From Pseudomonadota bacterium (GTDB lineage: Bacteria; Pseudomonadota; Gammaproteobacteria; Burkholderiales; Burkholderiaceae_E): 58,189 bases of DNA. The stretch is taken from the NCBI GenBank assembly GCA_023389175.1, contig JAEWEW010000070.1, positions 1 through 58,189 of the forward strand, written 5' to 3'. The position numbers and the translations under genes were made by a program. The notes below the pieces were generated by a model. It did no database searches and was not told the origin of the DNA. It worked only from the letters and a program-made list of their open reading frames with translations. This document shows, in pieces, positions 50,023 to 58,189 of the stretch. Position 1 is the first letter of the stretch; every line of letters starts with the position of its first letter.

Positions 50023-51059
50023 GAACCAGGCCGCAGGCCGCACCATCGCGCGGCGAGGCGCTGCTCGAGGTGCGCAACCTCACCAAGCACTATCCCGTCC
50101 GGAAGTCGGCCTTCTGGCGCAGCAGCGGACAGGTGCACGCAGTCGACGACATCACCTTCAGCATCGCCGACGGCGAGACCCTCGGGCTGGTCGGCGAGAG
50201 CGGCTGCGGCAAATCGACGGCCAGCAAGACGATCCTCCGGCTGGTCGAGCCGACCGCCGGCTCGATACGCTGGCGCGGAACCCGGATCGACCGCCTGAGC
50301 AGCAGGCAGGTGCGGCCCTATCGGCGCGAGTTGCAGGCGGTGTTCCAGGATCCGTATGCGACGCTGAACCCGCGCATGCGCGCGGGGGACATCGTGGCCG
50401 AGCCGATCCGCAACTTCGAGTCCGCGACCGCCGGCGATATCCGCGAGCGCGTGGCGGAGCTGTTCGACAAGGTCGGCCTGCGCCGCGACCAGATGGTGAA
50501 GTATCCGTACGAGTTCTCCGGCGGGCAGCGCCAGCGCCTCGGCATCGCCCGTGCCCTCGCGCCGCGCCCGCGCCTCATCGTCTGCGACGAACCGGTATCG
50601 GCGCTGGATGTCTCGGTCCAGGCGCAGGTGATCAACCTGCTGATGGATCTGCAGGAGGAGCTCGGCCTGGCCTACCTGTTCGTCGCCCACGACCTTGCGG
50701 TGGTCGAGCACATCAGCCATCGGGTCGCCGTCATGTATCTCGGAAAGATCGTGGAGCTGTCGGACAAGCATTCCCTCTTCGCCCGGCCGCAGCATCCCTA
50801 TACCGAAGCGCTGCTCTCTGCCGTGCCGGTCGCGGACCCGACCGTGCAGAGGGATCGCATGATCCTGCATGGCGACGTGCCCAGCCCGATCAACCCCCCG
50901 TCCGGCTGCCGCTTCCACACCCGCTGCCCGTATGCCTTCGATCGTTGCAGCGTCGATGCTCCGGCCCTCAGGGAGGTGCTTCCAGGGCATTTCGCCGCCT
51001 GCCATCTGCGCGATCCGATCGCGCCGGCTGCTGCATCCACTTCGGGAGTCCCGGCATGA
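50019..51059 (+). CDS. ABC transporter ATP-binding protein (DppF-like)
   Basis: [16 protein letters not shown] and [10 protein letters not shown] motifs. Confidence 0.93.
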   Translation: MRTRPQAAPSRGEALLEVRNLTKHYPVRKSAFWRSSGQVHAVDDITFSIADGETLGLVGESGCGKSTASKTILRLVEPTAGSIRWRGTRIDRLSSRQVRPYRRELQAVFQDPYATLNPRMRAGDIVAEPIRNFESATAGDIRERVAELFDKVGLRRDQMVKYPYEFSGGQRQRLGIARALAPRPRLIVCDEPVSALDVSVQAQVINLLMDLQEELGLAYLFVAHDLAVVEHISHRVAVMYLGKIVELSDKHSLFARPQHPYTEALLSAVPVADPTVQRDRMILHGDVPSPINPPSGCRFHTRCPYAFDRCSVDAPALREVLPGHFAACHLRDPIAPAAASTSGVPA

Positions 51060-52366
51060 AACCACTCAACGAGCTCACCGCGACCGAGGCCTCCCGGAAG
51101 ATGGCCGCCCGCGAGATCACCTCCGAGGCGCTGGTGCGCGCCTGCCTCGAGCGGATCGCGTCCCGGGAAAGCGAGATACTGGCCTGGGCGTTCCTCGACC
51201 GTGACAAGGCGCTGGCCCAGGCGCGGGCCGCCGACGCCCGGCCGCGGACCGGGCTGCTGCACGGCCTGCCGGTCGGAATCAAGGACCTGATGGACACGGT
51301 GGACCTGCCCACCAGTTACGGCTCGCCCATCTACGCCGATCACCGACCCGCCTGGGACGCATCCTGCGTGGCACTCACCCGCGCCGCCGGCGGGATCGTG
51401 ATGGGAAAGACGGTCACCACCGAGTTCGCCGTGACCTGTCCCGGCAAGACCCGCAACCCCCACGACCTGCGGCACACGCCGGGCGGTTCCTCGTCCGGCT
51501 CGGCTGCGGCGGTCGCGGATTTCATGGTGCCGCTCGCCTTCGGCACCCAGACGGCAGGATCCATCATCCGGCCCTCGGCCTTCTGCGGCGTGGTCGGCTA
51601 CAAGCCGACCTTTGGCATGATCAGCCGAGTCGGCATCAAGCCGCTGTCCGACATCCTGGATACCGTCGGCGCCATCGCCCGCACGGTGCCCGACGCGGCC
51701 TTGCTGGCAGCCGCGCTGACCGGCCGCAGCAACCTGCTCGTCGACGAGTCGGACCGGCCTGCACCGAGCCTGCGCATCGGCATCTGTCGCACCCACGAAT
51801 GGCAGCATGCGCAGCCGGAGATGATGGAAGCGCTCGAGGCGGCTGCATCGAAGCTCGCGGCCGCAGGCGCTCAGGTGGCGGACGTCGGGTTGCCGGCATC
51901 CTTCGCCGGCCTGGTGCAGGCACAGACCGACATCATGTTCGCCCAGCAGGCAGAATCGCTCGCCTACGAACGGCTGTCGCACCTGGACCGGATCAGCGAG
52001 CAGCTGCAGGTCATACTCGACGCCGGCACGAAGGTCCCGCCGGCACGGTTCGATGCCGCGATGGCCCTTGCCCGCGAATGCCGCAGCGCGCTCGCGGACG
52101 TCCTTGCCGGCTTCGACGTGCTTCTCGCCCCGAGCGCAACCGGCGCAGCGCCCGAGGGGCTCGGCATGACCGGAGACGCGGTATTCAATCGCATGTGGAC
52201 CCTGCTCGGCACGCCTTGCGTCAACATTCCGGTCGCTGCCACTGCCGGCGGCCTGCCGGTGGGCCTCCAGGTCGTCGGACCGATCGGCGGTGACGTGCCG
52301 ACGCTCGCGGCGGCGCACTCCCTGCACCGGACATTGGCAATGGCGCAGCCCATCGCCCCGCGATGA
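51056..52366 (+). CDS. Amidase (amidase signature family)
   Basis: GLPVGIKD, PGGSSSGSAAAVA and GTQTAGSIIRP motifs. Confidence 0.92.
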   Translation: MKPLNELTATEASRKMAAREITSEALVRACLERIASRESEILAWAFLDRDKALAQARAADARPRTGLLHGLPVGIKDLMDTVDLPTSYGSPIYADHRPAWDASCVALTRAAGGIVMGKTVTTEFAVTCPGKTRNPHDLRHTPGGSSSGSAAAVADFMVPLAFGTQTAGSIIRPSAFCGVVGYKPTFGMISRVGIKPLSDILDTVGAIARTVPDAALLAAALTGRSNLLVDESDRPAPSLRIGICRTHEWQHAQPEMMEALEAAASKLAAAGAQVADVGLPASFAGLVQAQTDIMFAQQAESLAYERLSHLDRISEQLQVILDAGTKVPPARFDAAMALARECRSALADVLAGFDVLLAPSATGAAPEGLGMTGDAVFNRMWTLLGTPCVNIPVAATAGGLPVGLQVVGPIGGDVPTLAAAHSLHRTLAMAQPIAPR

Positions 52367-52376
52367 TCAGCCAGGC

Positions 52377-53015
52377 ATGGTCATTCCACGGCGCTCGCAT
52401 GTGCTGCTGTTGGCCGCGTTGACCGCAATCGTGCCGTCAGGCGCGCTCGCCTTGCAGTCGCTGCACGGCGTCGGTCCGAGCCTTCCGTTGGCAGCTACAG
52501 GCGCCATGCAGCGTCTCTCTCGAGAGGCGCACCTCCTGAGCGCTGTGCGAACGCACGGCGATGCGCGCGAGGGACGATTGCTGGTTACGGGGTCCCCGTT
52601 GATGCTGCTGTATTTCGAGTTCAACGGAATCGATGAGACGATCACGCCGATTTCGATGCAGTTCAACATCGTTTCTGCGAGCCGGCTGTCGGTATCCTCA
52701 GGCTGGGCGGCGATTGACGGAGAGAGGGTGGAGTTTCCACCAGACTTCTTCGGCGTCTGGACGCTCCGGCACTATCCCCCGAAACCGGACCTCATCGGTT
52801 GGTTTCCGGCATCGCACCTCGATACCGACGTGCCGCTGGAAAGGCCGGAGCAAGTCGCGTTCGTGCGCCGACTGATCGCGGCGAGCAAGGCATCGATCCA
52901 CCTGGTGAATCGCGACGGGGCCGACCTCGTGATTCACCTTCCAGACGAGGATCGAGCCGGACATCGAAACGTGATCCGGCTCTACGAAGTTCTAAGCGGC
53001 CGACCCTGGAGATGA
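52377..53015 (+). CDS. Hypothetical exported protein, visibly lower GC
   Basis: Signal-like LLLAALTAIVPSGALA; fills the gap between the amidase and the ligase. Confidence 0.55.
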   Translation: MVIPRRSHVLLLAALTAIVPSGALALQSLHGVGPSLPLAATGAMQRLSREAHLLSAVRTHGDAREGRLLVTGSPLMLLYFEFNGIDETITPISMQFNIVSASRLSVSSGWAAIDGERVEFPPDFFGVWTLRHYPPKPDLIGWFPASHLDTDVPLERPEQVAFVRRLIAASKASIHLVNRDGADLVIHLPDEDRAGHRNVIRLYEVLSGRPWR

Positions 53016-53037
53016 ATGCCCTCGAGGCATTGCGCCG

Positions 53038-55029
53038 ATGACAGCCGAGATCCTCTGGAACCCGCAACCCGACCAGGTCGCCGAGTCCCGGCTCGCCGAC
53101 TACCAGCGGTGGCTGCGCGAGCATCGCGGCCTCGACTTCGACGACTACCGCGAGCTCTGGCGCTGGTCTGTCGAGGAGCTCGAGGTCTTCTGGCGCACGA
53201 TCTGGGATTACTTCGAGATCCAGGCCGACGGGTCCCCGGAGCCGGTGCTTCGTTCGAACGCCATGCCAGGCGCCGAGTGGTTCCCGGACGCGCGACTCAA
53301 CTACGCGGAGCACGTCTTTCGCCAGGCGTCGCCGGACCGGCCAGCCATGGTGGTTCGGGACGAAGCCTGTGACGGTCGCGACATATCGTGGGACGAGCTT
53401 CGACGCGCCACCGGCGCGATTGCCGCCACTCTGAAGGCGCGGGGCGTGGGCCCCGGCGATCGGGTGGCATCCTACCTGCCCAGTCGGATGGAAACCGTGG
53501 CGGCCTTCCTCGCCTGCGCCAGCATCGGTGCGGTCTGGTCGAGCTGTGCGCCCGACATGGGGATCTCGGTGCTGCTCGACCGCTGGGGGCAGATCGAACC
53601 GACGGTGCTGCTGGCAACGGACAGCTACCGCTACAACGGCAAGGTGCACGACCGACGCGACACGGTCGCGCAGCTGCTGCGAGAGCTCCGGAGCGTGGGC
53701 ACCGTGATCCACGTGCCCGGGCCACTCGCCGAGGAACGCGAGCCCGACTGGCCGGGCCGGATCGCCTGGTCGGACGCTGCGCGAGACGATGCCGAGCTGC
53801 GCTTCGAACGCCTGCCGTTCGACCACCCGTTGTGGATCGTCTACTCGTCCGGCACCACCGGGCTGCCCAAGGCGATGGTCCACGGCCACGGCGGAATCGT
53901 GATCACCCACCTGAAGACGCTGGCGCTGCAGCACGACCTGCGCGCGGGGGACCGGATGCTCTTCCTCGGCGGCACCGGCTGGATCGTCTGGAACCTGCAG
54001 GTCGGCGGCCTGCTGGTGGGCGCCACCATCATGCTCTACGACGGCAATCCTGCCTGGCCAGATGCGCAGGCACTCTGGCGCTTCATGGACCGGCACGGCG
54101 TCACCTTGTTCGGCTGCGGCGCGGCGTACCTCGCCGGATGCATGAAGCAGGGGCTGCGGCCGCGGGACTTCGCGCGCCTCGCCCGGCTGCGCGCCATCAA
54201 CTCCACCGGCTCGCCGCTGCCGGTGGATGCCTACCGGTGGGTCTACCAGTCGGTGAAGCCGGATGTCTGGCTCGCTTCCATCAGCGGCGGCACCGACATC
54301 GCCTCCGGCTTCGTCGCCTGCGCGCCGTCGCTGCCGGTGACCGCGGGCGAGATCCAGTGCGCCGAGCTCGGGGTCGCGGCTGCAGCCTTCGACGAGCAGG
54401 GGCGGCCGGTTGTCGACCAGGTCGGGGAGCTGGTCATCACCCGGCCGATGCCCTCGATGCCGCTCTACTTCTGGAACGACCCCGGCAACCGGCGCTATCG
54501 CGAAAGCTACTTCGAGACCTTTCCCGGGGTCTGGCGCCATGGTGACTGGATCCGCTTCACCCACCGCGGCACCGCGGTGATCTACGGCCGGTCCGACAGC
54601 ACCATCAACCGCTTCGGCATCCGCATCGGCACGGCAGAGATCTACCGGGTGGTGGAGGAGATGCCCGAGGTGCTGGACAGCTTGGTGGTCGACCTGGAGT
54701 ACCTCGGCCGCGCGTCCTCGTTGCTGCTCTTCGTCGTGCTCGCGCCAGGCGTCGAGCTGGACGAGCCGCTGCGCTCGGCGCTGCTGGAGCGGATCCGCAC
54801 CCAAGCGTCGGCCCGCCATGTCCCGGACAGCGTGCACGCGGTCGCGGAGATTCCCCGCACGCTCACCGGGAAGAAGATGGAGGTACCGGTGCGCAAGCTG
54901 CTGCTCGGGGCGCCGGTGGAGAAGGTCGCGAGTCCCGATGCCATGGCGAACCCGGGAAGCCTGGCGTACTTCGTCCGACTGGCGGCGAGCGGCGCTTCCC
55001 CGGACGGCAACCGGCCGCCGGGCGACTAG
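53038..55029 (+). CDS. Acetoacetate--CoA ligase
   Basis: YSSGTTGLPK, SISGGTD, WRHGDW and GRSDSTINRFGIRIGTAEIY motifs. Confidence 0.93.
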   Translation: MTAEILWNPQPDQVAESRLADYQRWLREHRGLDFDDYRELWRWSVEELEVFWRTIWDYFEIQADGSPEPVLRSNAMPGAEWFPDARLNYAEHVFRQASPDRPAMVVRDEACDGRDISWDELRRATGAIAATLKARGVGPGDRVASYLPSRMETVAAFLACASIGAVWSSCAPDMGISVLLDRWGQIEPTVLLATDSYRYNGKVHDRRDTVAQLLRELRSVGTVIHVPGPLAEEREPDWPGRIAWSDAARDDAELRFERLPFDHPLWIVYSSGTTGLPKAMVHGHGGIVITHLKTLALQHDLRAGDRMLFLGGTGWIVWNLQVGGLLVGATIMLYDGNPAWPDAQALWRFMDRHGVTLFGCGAAYLAGCMKQGLRPRDFARLARLRAINSTGSPLPVDAYRWVYQSVKPDVWLASISGGTDIASGFVACAPSLPVTAGEIQCAELGVAAAAFDEQGRPVVDQVGELVITRPMPSMPLYFWNDPGNRRYRESYFETFPGVWRHGDWIRFTHRGTAVIYGRSDSTINRFGIRIGTAEIYRVVEEMPEVLDSLVVDLEYLGRASSLLLFVVLAPGVELDEPLRSALLERIRTQASARHVPDSVHAVAEIPRTLTGKKMEVPVRKLLLGAPVEKVASPDAMANPGSLAYFVRLAASGASPDGNRPPGD

Positions 55030-55709
55030 GTCGTGTGCCGGCGTCGCTCGGCGTCCTCCTCGCGCAGGAATTCCTCCAGGATCTCCTTCAACTGGGCGGG
55101 TCCCTCCAGGTTCGGATTCACCGCCAGGGCGCGCCGGAAGAAGTCCAGGGCGACCTCCACATTGCCTAGCCTGAGATGGATCTGGCCGGCTCCGGAGAGC
55201 GCGCCGAAGTGGTCCGGATTGCGCTTCAGGACCTCGTCGCAGTCCGACAGCGAGCGCCGGTAGTCGCCGAGCAGGAAGCGGACCGTTGCGCGCTTGTTCC
55301 ACCCCTCGGCGAAGTCCGGCCTATGCTGGATGATCCGGTCGAAGGTCGCCAACGCCTCGGCGAGCTCGCCCGCGCGCATCTGGCCGACACCGCGACGGAA
55401 CAGGCCATCGATCTCGGCATCGCCCGAACGGCTCCAGATCTGCCAGATCGCGTCCTGCGCGTGCAGGCGCACCAGCGCCTCGTCGTCGCGCAGCCGGCCG
55501 AGCAGCGCCGGGATGTCTTCCATCCCCCCGATCTCGGCCAGGTGCAGCACGCCGCGCAGTCGCGCCGAGGCATCGGGTAGCGCAAGCGCCTCGACGGCCT
55601 GGCGGCGATCCTGCGGCGGTGCAGGCTGGGCAGCGGCCGGGCCCAGCGCCGCCAGGGCAACCAGGGCGATCCACAGCACGCGAGGCAGGCAGCTCCACGA
55701 CCGGCCCAT
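55026..55709 (-). CDS. Secreted HEAT/TPR repeat protein
   Basis: Signal peptide; PDFAEGWNKRA and NPDHFGALSG TPR motifs. Confidence 0.85.
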   Translation of the reverse strand: MGRSWSCLPRVLWIALVALAALGPAAAQPAPPQDRRQAVEALALPDASARLRGVLHLAEIGGMEDIPALLGRLRDDEALVRLHAQDAIWQIWSRSGDAEIDGLFRRGVGQMRAGELAEALATFDRIIQHRPDFAEGWNKRATVRFLLGDYRRSLSDCDEVLKRNPDHFGALSGAGQIHLRLGNVEVALDFFRRALAVNPNLEGPAQLKEILEEFLREEDAERRRHTT

Positions 55710-55788
55710 GGTGATCTCCCTGCTCCCTGCCGGGAGCGACGTGCTGGGAGGAACGATGCTATTCCCGCGCGATCGGCACCGCAACGGC

Positions 55789-56652
55789 TCAAGGATTCCG
55801 CGCGGACACGAACCAGGTGCTGGAGGGGGCCCATACGCTACCGTCGTCGCGCACATGCTTGCGCAGGACCTCGCGCAACGCGCCGACCACCTCGGGCTTG
55901 AGCCGCTCGCCCTCCGCACCGGCAAGCCGGATGATCTCTCCCGCCGGGCCGAGCGCCATCGCGACCTGGATTGCCTCGTCGGAATCGCGCCCGATGCAGA
56001 TCGGTGCATCGAAGCGCTCGAACGCGATCCTGTCGTAGCCGGCGGACCGCAGCATGTCGCTCACCATGTCGGCCCCGGCAAGCGAGAACGGTCCGGGCCC
56101 GCAGTGGACCTGGTCCGTATCCTCGTGCGAGACCACCGGGACGATCTGCTTCACGCACAGTTCGGCCTCGTGCACCCAGGGATTGTCCTCGCGCTTGCGC
56201 CACACGATCATCATGAGGTCGCCGCCGGGAGCGAGCGACCGCCGGATGTTGCGCATCGCCGCGCCGGGCATCTCGAAGAACATCGTCCCGAAACGGGAGA
56301 ACGCGCGGTCGTAGGGTCCTTGCAGGTCGTCGCACTGGACGTCGCGGATCATGAACGAGGCGTTGCCGGCACCGGCTTGCCTCGCGGCAGCGCTTGCCGC
56401 CTCGACGAACCGCGGTGCGCAGTCGACGCCGACCGCCCTCCCCTGCGGTCCGATGGCAGCGGCGATCCGGATCGTGCTGTCTCCGAATCCGCAGCCGACA
56501 TCCAGGACCCGCGACCCCTGTCGCGGCGGATGCCGGCGCAGCGCCTCGTCGCTGTGCGCGGAGAGTCCGTCGATCAGCAGGTGCTTGAAGCGCACGAACT
56601 TGTCGAACAGGATCGTGTTCCAGGCTTCGATGATGACCGTGTTGTCGCTCAT
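55789..56652 (-). CDS. Class I SAM-dependent methyltransferase
   Basis: VLDVGCGFG, FSRFGTMFF and GPGPFSLA motifs. Confidence 0.9.
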   Translation of the reverse strand: MSDNTVIIEAWNTILFDKFVRFKHLLIDGLSAHSDEALRRHPPRQGSRVLDVGCGFGDSTIRIAAAIGPQGRAVGVDCAPRFVEAASAAARQAGAGNASFMIRDVQCDDLQGPYDRAFSRFGTMFFEMPGAAMRNIRRSLAPGGDLMMIVWRKREDNPWVHEAELCVKQIVPVVSHEDTDQVHCGPGPFSLAGADMVSDMLRSAGYDRIAFERFDAPICIGRDSDEAIQVAMALGPAGEIIRLAGAEGERLKPEVVGALREVLRKHVRDDGSVWAPSSTWFVSARNP

Positions 56653-56854
56653 GACCAACCTCCGCAGGCAGGCACCGATGCCGATGGGTTTGCCCAGGGT
56701 CGCGGCGCGGTGCCGGGAGGTGCCCATCCTATTCCGTGCGGCGATCCCACCTGGCCTATCCATCGCGCCGGAGATGGGGATCCCGCTCGCGGCGCCCGAC
56801 CCGGACGACGAGCCGGCTGATACCATGCCCCACTCATCCGGTAGAACCGCAGCG

Positions 56855-57523
56855 ATGAAGCTCACTCGACTGCTTGCCTGCTCACTCGCCCTCTCGGCTG
56901 CCGTTGCGCTCGAACCCGAAGTGGTAGCCGCGCAGTCGCCGCACACGCACCAGCACAGCTTCAGCGGCGCCCAGCGATGGGCCCATGTGTTCGACGATCC
57001 GAAGCGCGATGCCTGGCAGAAGCCGCATGAAGTGATCCAGGCGCTCCAGCTGGAACCGGACGCGGTGATCGCCGACCTGGGTTCGGGCACCGGCTACTTC
57101 ACCGTACGGCTTGCCACCATGGTTCCCGAGGGGCGGGTGTACGGGGTCGACGTCGAGCCCGACATGGTGAAGTACCTCGCGGAGCGTGCACGGCGCGAGA
57201 AGCGCTCGAACATCGTGGCCATCGCCGGAACCCCTCAAGACCCCCGGCTGCCGGAGAAGGTGGATCTCATCCTGCTGGTCGACGTCTATCACCACATCGA
57301 CGCCCGCGAGCAGTACTTCCGGCAGCTGCGCGCTTCCCTCAAGCCGGGCGGGCGGATCGCGGTCATCGACTTTCGCATGGATTCGCCCGAAGGGCCGCCG
57401 GTCGCCGCGCGGATCGCGCCGGAGCAGGTCGTCGAAGAGCTCGAGTCCGCCGGCTACCGCCTGGGCAGGCGGCACGACTTCCTGCCGAACCAGTATTTCC
57501 TGATCTTCGAGCCGCGGTCGTAG
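56855..57523 (+). CDS. Class I SAM-dependent methyltransferase with signal peptide
   Basis: RDAWQKP, IADLGSGTGY and LVDVYHHI motifs. Confidence 0.88.
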   Translation: MKLTRLLACSLALSAAVALEPEVVAAQSPHTHQHSFSGAQRWAHVFDDPKRDAWQKPHEVIQALQLEPDAVIADLGSGTGYFTVRLATMVPEGRVYGVDVEPDMVKYLAERARREKRSNIVAIAGTPQDPRLPEKVDLILLVDVYHHIDAREQYFRQLRASLKPGGRIAVIDFRMDSPEGPPVAARIAPEQVVEELESAGYRLGRRHDFLPNQYFLIFEPRS

Positions 57524-57596
57524 CGTACCGACGATTGCCTCGGCCAGGCGGCTGCCCGGAGGGCCCGAGCTGCAGTCCCGCCTGCAAGGCGAACGT

Positions 57597-57672
57597 TGGT
57601 GCCGGCTATCTGACTCGAACAGATGACCTACCGCTTACAAGGCGGTTGCTCTACCAACTGAGCTAAGCCGGC
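57597..57672 (-). tRNA. tRNA-Thr (TGT)
   Basis: GCCGGCTTAGCTCAGTTGGTAGAGCAACCGCCTTGTAAGCGGTAGGTCATCTGTTCGAGTCAGATAGCCGGCACCA; 76 nt, encoded CCA. Confidence 0.97.
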
Positions 57673-57709
57673 CGTCGCCGTGGGACTGCCCACGCCGATT
57701 CTATTGCGA

Positions 57710-58189
57710 CTACTTCACCCGCGTGAGCCGCGTCCGGCCGCCCTTCCCGCCGGGCGGCGGCGGCTCGTCGTGGTCGTCGGGACGGCGCCCGGACGGTTCG
57801 ACGCCGGTGGCGTTGGCCGCGTCCTGACCGGCATCCTGCCGCGCGCCCCTGTCGTCGGTCTCTGGCCCCGCCGCAGACCCGCCCTTGCCGGTCGTGTCTG
57901 TCCCGGCTTCGGCGGCAGCCGCCTGGTCCTCGCCTGCCGGGAGCTGCCGCGCGCCGGGAGCGGCCTTCGCCTCCGCGCCGCGCCGGGCGTCGGGCCCGCT
58001 CCTGCTCCTGCCGCCGTGAGCCGAGCCGAAGGCGATCACGTCGGCGCCACCCTGTGCCTTGCCGGCGCGCTTGCGCCCGGCCGGCGTCGTCCGCGCGGGG
58101 CCCGGCGTTTCCCGTGCCGGCGAGGCGTCCGGCCCTGCCTCCGCGGCTGCCGCCGGCGCGGCATCCGCCACCCCGGCGCCCTCGCCTGC
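57710..58189 (-). CDS. sspB: C-terminal part of probable ClpXP adaptor SspB (5' part outside window)
   Basis: Long disordered Ala/Pro/Asp tail ending PPPPGGKGGRTRLTRVK (resembles the ClpX-binding tail); sits upstream of tRNA-Thr. Confidence 0.6.
   Translation of the reverse strand, partial: AGEGAGVADAAPAAAAEAGPDASPARETPGPARTTPAGRKRAGKAQGGADVIAFGSAHGGRSRSGPDARRGAEAKAAPGARQLPAGEDQAAAAEAGTDTTGKGGSAAGPETDDRGARQDAGQDAANATGVEPSGRRPDDHDEPPPPGGKGGRTRLTRVK

Noticed and set aside
57540..57672. tRNA-Thr as the attachment site of an integrated island
   Set aside because: No integrase next to the tRNA 3' end, and I found no convincing duplicate of the tRNA 3' end by eye.

Overview
High-GC chromosomal window, most likely from a betaproteobacterium (Burkholderiales-like; inferred from gene content and the sspB/tRNA-Thr arrangement). 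It runs from the 3' part of grxD-dgkA-argC at the left to tRNA-Thr(TGT) and the 3' end of a probable sspB at the right. Between them is a mosaic of accessory catabolic and regulatory modules: AraC + nitrilase; catalase; GntR + Rieske oxygenase + glutamine-synthetase-like ligase; TetR + shikimate dehydrogenase + TRAP transporter + a divergent type II dehydroquinase; hybrid histidine kinase + TonB receptor + YfiR; homospermidine synthase; DsrE + AraC; IclR + Rieske + SDR + intradiol dioxygenase; and a peptide-type ABC transporter + amidase. The most unusual element is a 157-aa ORF (29444-29917, minus strand). It has a hydrophobic leader followed by eight tandem, near-identical ~13-aa cores (consensus ADEGVPQNLVALK), its own RBS and terminator, and lies directly behind a DUF1127 gene. 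It looks like a secreted multi-core peptide precursor. No integrase, transposase, CRISPR array or rRNA was seen. All product calls come from motif recognition by eye, not from database searches.
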